A stretch of DNA of 64,000 bases, taken from Rhodospirillales bacterium (GTDB lineage: Bacteria; Pseudomonadota; Alphaproteobacteria; Rhodospirillales; Defluviicoccaceae). The translations under genes were made by a program, and so were the position numbers. The stretch covers positions 40,483-104,482 of the forward strand of contig JAEULH010000068.1 of the NCBI GenBank assembly GCA_016793925.1, in the 5' to 3' direction. The notes under the pieces were generated by a model. It saw only the letters and a list, made by a program, of their open reading frames with translations, was not told the DNA's origin and made no database searches. Shown here in pieces: positions 35,721 to 45,524 of the stretch (within the stretch, counting starts at the first letter, position 1; each line of letters starts with the position of its first letter).

Positions 35721-36926
35721 TCATCTCGCCGAGAGCGCCTGCCCCGTGGCTCCCTTTGCCGCCGGCGCGCGCGGCAGCAGAAGATAGTAGCGGCCGGTTT
35801 GCTTCATCGCGCCGGCGCGATCGCCTGCCGCCGCCCCGGACCCCCAGAACAGATCGCCGCGAACCGGCCCCTTGATCGCGCCGCCGGTATCCTGCGCCAC
35901 CACCAGCCGGCGCAGCGGCGTTGGCGCCAGCGGATCCGTCGTCTCCAGCCACAACGGCGCACCAAGCGGAATAAAGGCCGGGTCGACGGCCAAACTCCGC
36001 TCCGGCGTAAGGACGATGTTTTGCGCTCCGACCGGCCCCGGTCCGTCGATGCGCCGGAAGAACACGAAAGACGGGTTCTTCGCCATCACCTCGGCGGCCT
36101 CCTGCGGATGCTCGCTCAGCCAGGTGCGGATCGCATGCATCGACATCTGCTCTTCCGAGATGGCACCGCGGCGAATCAACTCTCGGCCGATGGCGTAATA
36201 GGGGCGCCCGTTCTTGCCGGCATAGCCGAGGCGGATGACCCGTCCATCGTCCATGATGACCCGACCCGATCCCTGGATATGCAGGAAAAAGGCGTCGACG
36301 GCGCTGTCGACCCAGATCATCTCCAGGTCGCGGCCGGACAACGCCCCGCGCTCGATCTCGGCTCGCGTCGGAACCGGCACGACCGAGCGGCCGGCGAGCT
36401 GTCCTACGAGTTGCTGGCCCTTCAGGTCCTCGCGAAACGCGCCAAGGTCGACGGTGACGAGATTGTCCGGCAGCCGGAAGATCGGCGTCTGGTAGGGCCC
36501 GCCGCGGTGCTCCGCCCCGCGCAATTCCGGCTCGTAGTAGCCGGTGAACAGGCCCGTCGGATTGCCGTTGTCGGTTGCCAGCGCCGGCGTGAAGTTCTGC
36601 TCGAAGAACAGCCGGGCGGCGTCCCCCTGACCGAGCGGCACGGCGGCGGCGGCAGCGCACACCGAATTCAGGGCCTCGCGACCGACGCCGAGCCGCGCCC
36701 ACGCTTCGCCGACGGCGCCGGCCTGCAACCGCGAGCATGAGACGAGAAACGCGGCCAGGGCCCGGTCGTGATCGTCGTCGGCCCAACCCGCCAAGGAACT
36801 GAACGGTGCCGGCTCGAGACGAAGCGCCGGCGGCGGCGGCGCGCATCCCACGACGAGAAGCATCAGCGCTGCGCCCGCAAGGATGGCGCTCGCACCATTT
36901 CGCAAAGCGTTCATGCGGCGCGCCAT
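35721..36926 (-). CDS. mltA: membrane-bound lytic murein transglycosylase A
   Basis: Lipoprotein signal LMLLVVGC, plus MltA/3D-domain blocks (FFLHIQGSG, AQDTGGAIKG). Confidence 0.85.
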   Translation of the reverse strand: MARRMNALRNGASAILAGAALMLLVVGCAPPPPALRLEPAPFSSLAGWADDDHDRALAAFLVSCSRLQAGAVGEAWARLGVGREALNSVCAAAAAVPLGQGDAARLFFEQNFTPALATDNGNPTGLFTGYYEPELRGAEHRGGPYQTPIFRLPDNLVTVDLGAFREDLKGQQLVGQLAGRSVVPVPTRAEIERGALSGRDLEMIWVDSAVDAFFLHIQGSGRVIMDDGRVIRLGYAGKNGRPYYAIGRELIRRGAISEEQMSMHAIRTWLSEHPQEAAEVMAKNPSFVFFRRIDGPGPVGAQNIVLTPERSLAVDPAFIPLGAPLWLETTDPLAPTPLRRLVVAQDTGGAIKGPVRGDLFWGSGAAAGDRAGAMKQTGRYYLLLPRAPAAKGATGQALSAR

Positions 36927-36967
36927 GGTCGACCTGCAGGTGATGGGCGAACCGGCGCCGCCAGCCG

Positions 36968-37642
36968 CTACTCGCTCGAGCCGGTCGCGACCAGCGTCCA
37001 GTTGGGATCCGGGCTGCGCGTGTCGCGGGCAAACGTCCAGACGTCGCTCACGGTGGCGACACGATCGGGATCGCCGTCGACGATTTTCCCCGCCCCATCG
37101 CGGGTGACCGTCACCTGTTCGCTGGTAAAGCGAACGGAGATATGCGCCATTCTTCCGACCATGGTGGCGTCCTCGATCTCGGCTTTCTGGATGCCGACGA
37201 GAGTCGTCTCCAGCGTCTCTCCGGCTGCCGCGCGATCAGCGATCGAACTGGAGAAATTGGCGAAGACCTCCGGGCTCAACAGCGGTTTCAAGCTCGCGAC
37301 ATCGCCGGCTACGTAGGCCGTCAGGATCATCTCGAAGGCGACCTTGGCGCCCGAGAGGAATTCCTTCTCCTCGAACCGCGCGTCGGCGATCTTGATCTGG
37401 GTCAGGCCGCCCTGAGGCGTTGCGGAAGCGATGTCGGCCGGCAACGGGGCGCTTTCGCCCCTTTCGGGCAGGCGAACCACATCCTTTTCCGGAGCCTCCT
37501 TCTGTGGCTGGGACCGGAACGGGTCCTGCGCTGGACCCTGATGGCCGTCCCTGCGTCCCAGGACGCTGCGCAGCCGCAGGATCAAAAACGCCGCCACGAG
37601 CGCGAAGAGGATGATGTCGATGAATTGAAAGCCGCCGCCCAT
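36968..37642 (-). CDS. Tim44-like domain protein
   Basis: N-terminal TM helix, then FLSGAKVAFEMILTAY...WTFARD, typical of bacterial Tim44-like proteins. Confidence 0.8.
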   Translation of the reverse strand: MGGGFQFIDIILFALVAAFLILRLRSVLGRRDGHQGPAQDPFRSQPQKEAPEKDVVRLPERGESAPLPADIASATPQGGLTQIKIADARFEEKEFLSGAKVAFEMILTAYVAGDVASLKPLLSPEVFANFSSSIADRAAAGETLETTLVGIQKAEIEDATMVGRMAHISVRFTSEQVTVTRDGAGKIVDGDPDRVATVSDVWTFARDTRSPDPNWTLVATGSSE

Positions 37643-37806
37643 GTCATTTCCTAGCTTCGTAACAAAGGGTTAAAGGCACCTCATCCGTCGCGCCGGACAA
37701 ACAACAACGGCCTTCTGTGGATCCTGCGTCCGCCCAACCCATTGCTTTTCAATTTACAGCGCTTTTCTCCTTGATGAGATGGACCTCAACGCGCCGGGAG
37801 GCAACG

Positions 37807-38424
37807 ATGGGTTTAGTTCTGTTTGGCGTGATGATAGTCGTTCCGATCCTGGAGATCGCGGTCTTCATCGTCGTCGGCCGTTTCATCGGCCTGTGGCCAA
37901 CGCTGGCCGGGATCCTTGCCACCGCTCTGATCGGAACAGCGATCATTCGCCACCAGGGCGTCGGCATCATCGCCAAGGCCAGGCAGACAATCAACGCCGG
38001 TGAAGCCCCGGTCGGCGCAGTCCTCGAAGGCCTGGCGTTGCTGGTCGCCGGCGCGCTCCTGGTCACGCCGGGGTTCGTGACCGACACGCTCGGCTTCCTC
38101 CTGCTCATCCCGCCGCTGCGCCAAGCGGTCGCGGCATCGCTCGTTGCGCGGGCGGTCCGGCGGGCGGAAGTCCGGGTGCAGGCATCGCGAACCGGGCCCG
38201 GCGGCAATACGGACCCGAGGACGCGCGGCGGCCCGGGCGCCACGCCGCCCGGAGCCGGCGTGACCATCGAGGGCGAGTGGCAGGACCTCACCGAGACGGG
38301 GCCGGAGGACCACCAACACGATTCCGGCGATCCGGAGCCCGGGCGCGGCTGGGGCCGCTCCGGCGAGCGGAGAGGCGGGGAGGACGGCGATCCGCCGGCG
38401 CGCATGCGAACCCCCGAGGCTTAA
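37807..38424 (+). CDS. fxsA: FxsA-family membrane protein with a long Pro/Gly/Arg-rich tail
   Basis: PILEIAVFIVVGRFIGLWPTL...LLVTPGFVTDTLGFLLLIPPLR. Confidence 0.8.
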   Translation: MGLVLFGVMIVVPILEIAVFIVVGRFIGLWPTLAGILATALIGTAIIRHQGVGIIAKARQTINAGEAPVGAVLEGLALLVAGALLVTPGFVTDTLGFLLLIPPLRQAVAASLVARAVRRAEVRVQASRTGPGGNTDPRTRGGPGATPPGAGVTIEGEWQDLTETGPEDHQHDSGDPEPGRGWGRSGERRGGEDGDPPARMRTPEA

Positions 38425-38502
38425 GACCATCGCTTGCTCGCACGTTGTGCTCCAACCCGATCCATGTTAGCCAGCGCCGAGCCATAAAATCTTTCGGGAG
38501 CG

Positions 38503-39036
38503 ATGATGAGCGACGAGACCAGCGCAGAGGGCGGAGCGGACGCGGCGACGAAAGGCAACGGCGAGGACGCCACGGTGCCGCCGCTGATTGTCAACGCCCA
38601 ATACATCAAGGATCTGTCGTTCGAGGCGCCGAACACGCCGGCCGTCTTCACGCAGATGCAGCAGGCGCAGCCGGACATCACCGTCAACGTCGACGTCCAG
38701 GCGCGACCGCTCGAGGCGCCCGTCTACGAGGTCCTGCTCAACGTCCGCGCCGACTGCAAGTCGGGGGAGACGCAGGCCTTCCTGGTCGAGCTGTCCTACG
38801 GCGGCGTTTTTACGCTGAACGTTCCGCAGGCCGACGTCCATCCGGTGCTGCTGATCGAGTGCCCCCGGCTCCTCTTTCCGTTCGCCCGCCAGATCGTCTC
38901 GATGACAACCATCAATGGCGGGTTCCTGCCGCTGATGCTGGGGCCGATCGATTTCGCGAGCCTCTATCAGCGCCAGCTTCACGACGCGGAAATCGCCCGC
39001 GCCCCGGCGCCGCCGGCCGGCGCGTCTTCGGCCTGA
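38503..39036 (+). CDS. secB: protein-export chaperone SecB
   Basis: IVNAQYIKDLSFEAPN...CPRLLFPFARQIVSMTTINGGFLPLML. Confidence 0.9.
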   Translation: MMSDETSAEGGADAATKGNGEDATVPPLIVNAQYIKDLSFEAPNTPAVFTQMQQAQPDITVNVDVQARPLEAPVYEVLLNVRADCKSGETQAFLVELSYGGVFTLNVPQADVHPVLLIECPRLLFPFARQIVSMTTINGGFLPLMLGPIDFASLYQRQLHDAEIARAPAPPAGASSA

Positions 39037-39039
39037 GGC

Positions 39040-39753
39040 CTACGCTTCCTCAAGCCGTCTTGCCTCACCGACCCTGCTGGAGCGCGCAAGCGACCACAAG
39101 GCCTCGGGCAACCGGGCGATGAAGGCGGCGTGAGCCGCAGCCTCGCCGGGCGTCGGCTGGATCAGCAGCGGCCTGCGGGCCGCCGACGCAACCGGACCGG
39201 TCCGACGCACGGGCAGGACGCTCGCCAGCGTCAGCCTGGGCTGTCGGCCGCCGATCAGCTCGAGGTAGACGGCGGCGAGGAGCTGCGAATCCTTCAGCGC
39301 CCCGTGCACCGACCGATCGCTGATGTCGATTTCATAGCGTCGGCAGAGCGCATCGAGGCTCGCCGGCGCGCCCGGAAACATCTGCCGCGCCTTCGTCAGG
39401 GTGCAGACGGCGCGTTCGGCGGCGATGGGACGACGGCCACAGCGCGCGAGTTCGGCGTTGAGGAAGCCGACATCGAAGGCGGCGTTGTGGATGATCAGCG
39501 GGTCGCCGCCGATGAAGTCCATCAAGCCGTCGGCCACCGCGACGAAGAGCGGCTTTTCGGCGAGGAATGCGTCGGACAGGCCGTGAACGGCGAAGGCCCC
39601 GGTCGGCATCGGCCGCTCGGGGTTGACATACGCGTGGTAGACCTGCCCGGTCGGAATGTGGTTGACGAGCTCGACGCAGCCGATCTCGACGACCCGATGC
39701 CCTGCGGCCGGATCAATGCCCGTCGTTTCCGTATCGAGAACGATCTCGCGCAT
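39040..39753 (-). CDS. dnaQ: DNA polymerase III epsilon (proofreading) subunit
   Basis: MREIVLDTETTGIDP (Exo I), IIHNAAFDVGFL (Exo II), HGALKDSQLLAAVYLEL (Exo III). Confidence 0.9.
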   Translation of the reverse strand: MREIVLDTETTGIDPAAGHRVVEIGCVELVNHIPTGQVYHAYVNPERPMPTGAFAVHGLSDAFLAEKPLFVAVADGLMDFIGGDPLIIHNAAFDVGFLNAELARCGRRPIAAERAVCTLTKARQMFPGAPASLDALCRRYEIDISDRSVHGALKDSQLLAAVYLELIGGRQPRLTLASVLPVRRTGPVASAARRPLLIQPTPGEAAAHAAFIARLPEALWSLARSSRVGEARRLEEA

Positions 39754-40358
39754 GGCTCCCGCCCGGCCCTCCCCTCTTGCAGCCTGCACACGATAGCGCC
39801 GACGGCGCGCATGGAACAGGCCCGTCCGAGGCCCGTCGGGATGACGAAGTCGGCCCGTCGTCGTTTCTCGCGATCCGGCATCTGCCTGGCGAGGGTCGCG
39901 TCGATCCGCGCCTCGTCGAGACCGGCGCGCTGACGCAGTCGCTGGCGCTGGACGAACGCCGGCGCCGAGACCACCGCCACGGCGTCACAGACGCGGTGGC
40001 CGCCCGATTCGAACAACAGCGGGACGTCGAGAACCACGAGCGGCGTTCGCGCGCGCCTTGCCCGGCTCAGGAACCGGCGCCGGTCGGCGTAGACCAGCGG
40101 GTGGACGATCGCCTCGAGCCGACGCAGCGCCGCCTGCTCGGCGAAGACCTGCGCCCCCAGCGCCGCCCGCTGCACCGCCCCGTCGACGACCACGCCGGGA
40201 AACGCACGCGCAATCGCCCCGACCGCACCGCCGCCGCGGGCGAGCAGACGATGAACGACGGCGTCGGCGTCCCAGACCGGCACGCCCCGTTGGCGAAACA
40301 TCGCCGCGGCCGTCGACTTGCCCATGGCGATGGAGCCGGTGAGGCCGAGGACGATCAC
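39522..40358 (-). CDS. coaE: dephospho-CoA kinase with an unusual ~75-aa 3' extension overlapping dnaQ
   Basis: GTG start 5 nt after the maf stop. VIVLGLTGSIAMGKST P-loop. The frame has no stop until 39522, which is 232 nt inside dnaQ in another frame. Confidence 0.8.
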   Translation of the reverse strand: MIVLGLTGSIAMGKSTAAAMFRQRGVPVWDADAVVHRLLARGGGAVGAIARAFPGVVVDGAVQRAALGAQVFAEQAALRRLEAIVHPLVYADRRRFLSRARRARTPLVVLDVPLLFESGGHRVCDAVAVVSAPAFVQRQRLRQRAGLDEARIDATLARQMPDREKRRRADFVIPTGLGRACSMRAVGAIVCRLQEGRAGREPCARSFSIRKRRALIRPQGIGSSRSAASSSSTTFRPGRSTTRMSTPSGRCRPGPSPFTACPTHSSPKSRSSSRWPTA

Positions 40359-40363
40359 CGGCG

Positions 40364-41002
40364 TCAGTCCGCCACCGCGCCGCAGCGACGCAGGCAGGCG
40401 AGCAGGGGCAGCAACGGCAGACCGAGGATCGTGAACATGTCGCCCTCGACCGCGTCGAAGAGCTGAATGCCCGGTCCCTCGAACCGATAACCGGCAACCG
40501 TATCCAGCGCCGCCGCGCCGGCGCGATCGAGGTAGTCGGCCAGGACGTCGTCGGAAAATGCGCGCATGCTCATGACCGCAACGTCGACATGGGTCCACGC
40601 GCAGCGGCCTTCTAGCGCCACCGCCACCGCCGAGACCAGACGGTGGCGACGCCCGCGCAGGATCCTCAGGTTGCGCTCGGCCTCGGCCAGATCGGCCGGC
40701 TTTTCGAACCACTGGCCATCGCATTCGAGCATCTGGTCGGCGCCGACAACCAGCGCGTCCGGATGGACCCCGGCCACCGCCGCCGCCTTGGCTTCGGCCA
40801 ACGCCGTCGCCACCTCCTCGGCGCTTCGGCTCGCCGCGCGCATGGCGATGCGCACCGCCGCCTCATCGACGTCCGCGGGCGCGGCATCATAGGCCAGACC
40901 CGCGTCGCTCAGCAGCCGCTGGCGGGTCCGGCTCGCCGATGCCAGCACCAGCCGCGGCGATGCGGACCGCGGGCCGCACGCGGATGACGGACCGGCCGTC
41001 AT
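40364..41002 (-). CDS. maf: Maf-family nucleoside triphosphate pyrophosphatase
   Basis: LVLASASRTRQRLL...VVGADQ...AGGYRFEG-type block (VAGYRFEGPGIQL). Confidence 0.85.
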   Translation of the reverse strand: MTAGPSSACGPRSASPRLVLASASRTRQRLLSDAGLAYDAAPADVDEAAVRIAMRAASRSAEEVATALAEAKAAAVAGVHPDALVVGADQMLECDGQWFEKPADLAEAERNLRILRGRRHRLVSAVAVALEGRCAWTHVDVAVMSMRAFSDDVLADYLDRAGAAALDTVAGYRFEGPGIQLFDAVEGDMFTILGLPLLPLLACLRRCGAVAD

Positions 41003-41221
41003 GGGGAAGGCGCTGCATGCTGCCGGCGTCGCCCGGCCGCCCGCGCCTTGTCCGGCCGCAAACAGCGGGATGACATGCGGACAAGTTGGGGATCGCCGCG
41101 CCCGCCCCGTCGCCGGCGTTCAACCGCGTGCGCCAGCACCACGAGGATCCCGCGCCTGTCCGGCTGTTGACAAAACCCCGCATCATCGCCCTGGGCCGTG
41201 GACGCCAGGCGCAGCATGCAG

Positions 41222-41430
41222 TTATCCTCGTCTCCCAGGGCAGGGTCCAACGCCTTCATCGACAACGCTCCTGGCATCGATCCGCCGCGTTACCCACATG
41301 CTTGTTCAAGCCGATGGCGGCCACGGCATCTGCGACGGCATGTTTATCCACACGCACTAATCCCCGGCTTTCCCCGCCCTACTACAACAACTACCTTTTC
41401 TCTTAAAGAAAGAGTCTTGTAGTGACCTTC
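41222..41430. other. candidate chromosomal replication origin core (DnaA-box cluster plus AT-rich tract)
   Basis: TTATCCTCG at 41222-41230, TTACCCACA at 41290-41298 and a perfect TTATCCACA at 41344-41352. These are followed by the relatively AT-rich CTACTACAACAACTACCTTTTCTCTTAAAGAAAGAGTCTTGTAGTG (~41381-41426). The cluster lies in the maf-hemE gap. Confidence 0.5.
41344..41352 (+). promoter_or_regulatory. perfect consensus DnaA box TTATCCACA
   Basis: Exact 9-mer read directly from the sequence. Confidence 0.65.
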
Positions 41431-41453
41431 GTCGAAGCGGTGGAAATCCCGTC

Positions 41454-42506
41454 ATGAGCGCCGGCGCTCCGCTCAAGGGTCTGCTCGCAGCCTTCGGATC
41501 CGCCACGATACCGGAACGGCCGCCGTTCTGGTTTCTCCGCCAGGCCGGCCGCTATCTTCCGGAGTACCAGCGGCTGCGCCGCGAGGCGCCGGACTTCCTG
41601 AGCTTTTGCTACGAGCCGGCGCTGTGCGTCGAGGCGGCGCTGCAACCGCTGCGCCGGTTTCGGATGGACGCGGCGATCCTGTTCAGCGATATCCTCGTGA
41701 TCCCCGACGCGCTTGGCCAGCGCGTTGCCTTCGTCGAAGGACACGGGCCGCGGCTTGAGCCGCTGCGCGACGCCGATGCGATCGCCGCGCTCGACCTCGA
41801 CCGCCTGGATGCGCACCTGGAGCCGGTCTATGCGGCCGTCGCCGGGACGGCTGCGGCACTGCCGCCGCAGACCGCCCTGATCGGGTTCGCCGGCGCGCCG
41901 TGGACGTTGGCTCTGTACATGATCGAGGGTCACGGTGGGACGGCCGGTGAGCGCGCGCGGGCGATGGCCTGGCGGGCGCCGGAGACGTTTGCCGTTCTGA
42001 TCGGGCGGCTGGTCGAGGCGATCGCCCGCTTCGTCTGTCGCCAGATCGATCACGGCGTCGAGGTCGTCCAGCTCTTCGACAGCTGGGCCGGGCTCCTTCC
42101 CGAGAGCCAGTTCCGCACCTGGGTTATCGGCCCGACCGCTGCCGTTGTCCGCCGCATCAAGGATCATGCCCCGGACGTCCCCGTGATCGGGTTCCCCCGC
42201 GGTGCGGGCGCCGCCTATGCGGCCTATGCCCGCGAGACCGGTGTCGACGCGGTCGGGCTCGACGCCGGCGTGCCGGCCGTCTGGGCGAGGGCGGCGCTGA
42301 AGCCGCTCGCGACGGTTCAGGGCAACCTGGACAACCTCCTCGCCCAGGCCGGCGGCGACGCGCTCGAGGACGAGACCTTGCGGATCCTGTCCGCGCTCGG
42401 ACCGGAGCGCTTCATCTTCAACCTTGGCCACGGCGTGTTGCCCGATACGCCGCCCGAGCACATCGCCCGCATCGCCGAGACGATCATGGCCTGGAAGCCC
42501 GCGTGA
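41454..42506 (+). CDS. hemE: uroporphyrinogen decarboxylase
   Basis: PPFWFLRQAGRYLPEYQRLR...AAILFSDILVIPDALG. Confidence 0.95.
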   Translation: MSAGAPLKGLLAAFGSATIPERPPFWFLRQAGRYLPEYQRLRREAPDFLSFCYEPALCVEAALQPLRRFRMDAAILFSDILVIPDALGQRVAFVEGHGPRLEPLRDADAIAALDLDRLDAHLEPVYAAVAGTAAALPPQTALIGFAGAPWTLALYMIEGHGGTAGERARAMAWRAPETFAVLIGRLVEAIARFVCRQIDHGVEVVQLFDSWAGLLPESQFRTWVIGPTAAVVRRIKDHAPDVPVIGFPRGAGAAYAAYARETGVDAVGLDAGVPAVWARAALKPLATVQGNLDNLLAQAGGDALEDETLRILSALGPERFIFNLGHGVLPDTPPEHIARIAETIMAWKPA

Positions 42507-43600
42507 GCACGACCGAGCGGCGGATCGCGGTCGTCCTGTTCAACCTCGGCGGCCCCGACCGGCTCGAAGCGGTTCGGCCGTTCCTGGCCAATCTCTTCGC
42601 CGACCCGGCGATTATCGGCTTGCCGGCATTGCTCCGTCGACCGCTGGCTTGGTTCATCGCCCGCCGGCGGGCGCCGATCGCCCGCGAGATCTATGCACGG
42701 ATCGGCGGCGGCTCGCCGCTACTGCCGCTGACCGAAGAGCAGGGGGCGGCGCTGGCGGCTGCCTTGGCCCGGCGCGGTCATGGCGCGGCACGGACGTTCG
42801 TCGCGATGCGCTACTGGCATCCGATGAGCGAGGCGACGGCGGCGGCCGTCGCCCGCTGGCGCCCGGAGGAAATCGTCCTCTTGCCGCTCTATCCGCAGTT
42901 CTCCACGACCACGACCGGGTCGTCGCTGTCGGCCTGGGCCGCAGCGGCGAGGCGCGCCGGTCTTGACGCGCCGACGCGGGCCATCTGCTGCTATCCGACC
43001 AACCCCGGCTTCATTGCCGCGATCGCCGCGGCGACCGGCGCGGCGTTGGACGAGGCGGCGGCGCTGGGCGGCGAGGCGCGGCTGCTGTTTTCCGCCCACG
43101 GCTTGCCCGAACGCGTCATCGCCCGCGGCGACCCGTACCAGGCGCAGGTCGAGGCGACGGTGGCGGCGGTCATGGCCCGGCTGGGCGAGGCGGACCACGA
43201 CCACGCCATCTGCTACCAGAGCCGGGTCGGCCCCTTGCAATGGATCGGCCCGGCGATCGAAGACGAGTTGCGGCGCGCCGCCGACGACGGCGTCGCCACC
43301 GTGATCGTCGTGCCGACGGCCTTCGTTTCCGAGCACTCCGAAACCCTGGTCGAGCTCGACATCGAGTACCGCGCGCTGGCTGCGAGCCTGGGCATCGCCA
43401 ACTTTATCCGGGTTGCGACGGTCGGCACCGCGGGCGCGTTCATCGAGGGGCTGGCCGAGCTTGTGATCGGTGCGCTAGAAAGATCGGGGGGTGTGGCGAG
43501 CGGCTGCGGCAAGCGCTGGTGCGCGCCGGCCCTTGCCGGATGCCCGACTCGAACGCTGCCTTCCCGGGGCGAGGCGACGGACACGGAAAAGCCGCGATGA
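42503..43600 (+). CDS. hemH: ferrochelatase
   Basis: IAVVLFNLGGPD...LPLYPQFSTTTTGSS...LLFSAHGLP...AFVSEHSETL. Confidence 0.9.
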   Translation: MSTTERRIAVVLFNLGGPDRLEAVRPFLANLFADPAIIGLPALLRRPLAWFIARRRAPIAREIYARIGGGSPLLPLTEEQGAALAAALARRGHGAARTFVAMRYWHPMSEATAAAVARWRPEEIVLLPLYPQFSTTTTGSSLSAWAAAARRAGLDAPTRAICCYPTNPGFIAAIAAATGAALDEAAALGGEARLLFSAHGLPERVIARGDPYQAQVEATVAAVMARLGEADHDHAICYQSRVGPLQWIGPAIEDELRRAADDGVATVIVVPTAFVSEHSETLVELDIEYRALAASLGIANFIRVATVGTAGAFIEGLAELVIGALERSGGVASGCGKRWCAPALAGCPTRTLPSRGEATDTEKPR

Positions 43601-44034
43601 TGGATGGATATCTCTGGGCGCGCGCCCTGCATGTCATCAGCTTTATCTCCTGGATGGCCGGCCTGCTCTACCTGCCACGGCTGTACGTCTACCACTGCCG
43701 GCAGGCACCGGGTTCCGAGGCGTCCGAGACCTTCAAGGTGATGGAGCGACGGCTGCTGCGGGCGATCATGAACCCGGCCATGATCGCCACCTTCGTCTTC
43801 GGCGGGATTTTGATCTGGTACCTGGGTTCGGAGGCATGGACCATGGGCTGGCTGCACGCCAAGCTTGCGCTTGTCGTCGCAATGGCCGTGATCCACGGCT
43901 ACCTCGCAAAGTGGCGCAAGGACTTCGCCGCGGACCGCAACCAGCGGTCGGAAACGTTCTATCGCGTTATCAACGAAGTGCCGACGATCCTTATGATCGC
44001 GATCGTCATTCTGGCGGTGCTTAAGCCTTTTTGA
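43597..44034 (+). CDS. hemJ: protoporphyrinogen oxidase HemJ (UPF0093/CopD-like membrane protein)
   Basis: The ATG overlaps the hemH stop. LWARALHVISFISWMAGLLYLPRLYVYH...LHAKLALVV. Confidence 0.8.
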   Translation: MMDGYLWARALHVISFISWMAGLLYLPRLYVYHCRQAPGSEASETFKVMERRLLRAIMNPAMIATFVFGGILIWYLGSEAWTMGWLHAKLALVVAMAVIHGYLAKWRKDFAADRNQRSETFYRVINEVPTILMIAIVILAVLKPF

Positions 44035-44252
44035 GCGCGCCAGCGTTTTAAATGGCGTTTGACAGGGTCTGGCAACCTGATCCATTGTAGAAGCCGTGTA
44101 GTCCTTTCCTCCGTTTTCGTTCCACGCACGGCAGATCAGTCTCCCCCGGCTCGTCCGATTGCCGCTGCCGGTTGTGCCGGCCTCCCTGTCGACGCCTCCC
44201 GGAACCCGCTCGAGCGCCAGTCCCGTCCCCATCTTACGAAGAAGCGTAAGCA

Positions 44253-45509
<1,257 letters not shown>

Positions 45510-45524
45510 CCCCGGCCACGGCGG

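Noticed and set aside
40999-41406. Track ORFs 40999..41277(-), 41001..41360(+) and 41086..41406(+) in the maf-hemE gap.
   Set aside because: They are mutually overlapping, Arg/Pro/Gly-rich, without motifs or ribosome-binding sites. The interval is better explained as origin/regulatory DNA.
41003-41453. CtrA boxes (TTAA-N7-TTAA) expected in a Caulobacter-type origin.
   Set aside because: Only an isolated TTAA (about 41404) was found, with no full site. No CtrA control of the origin is therefore claimed.
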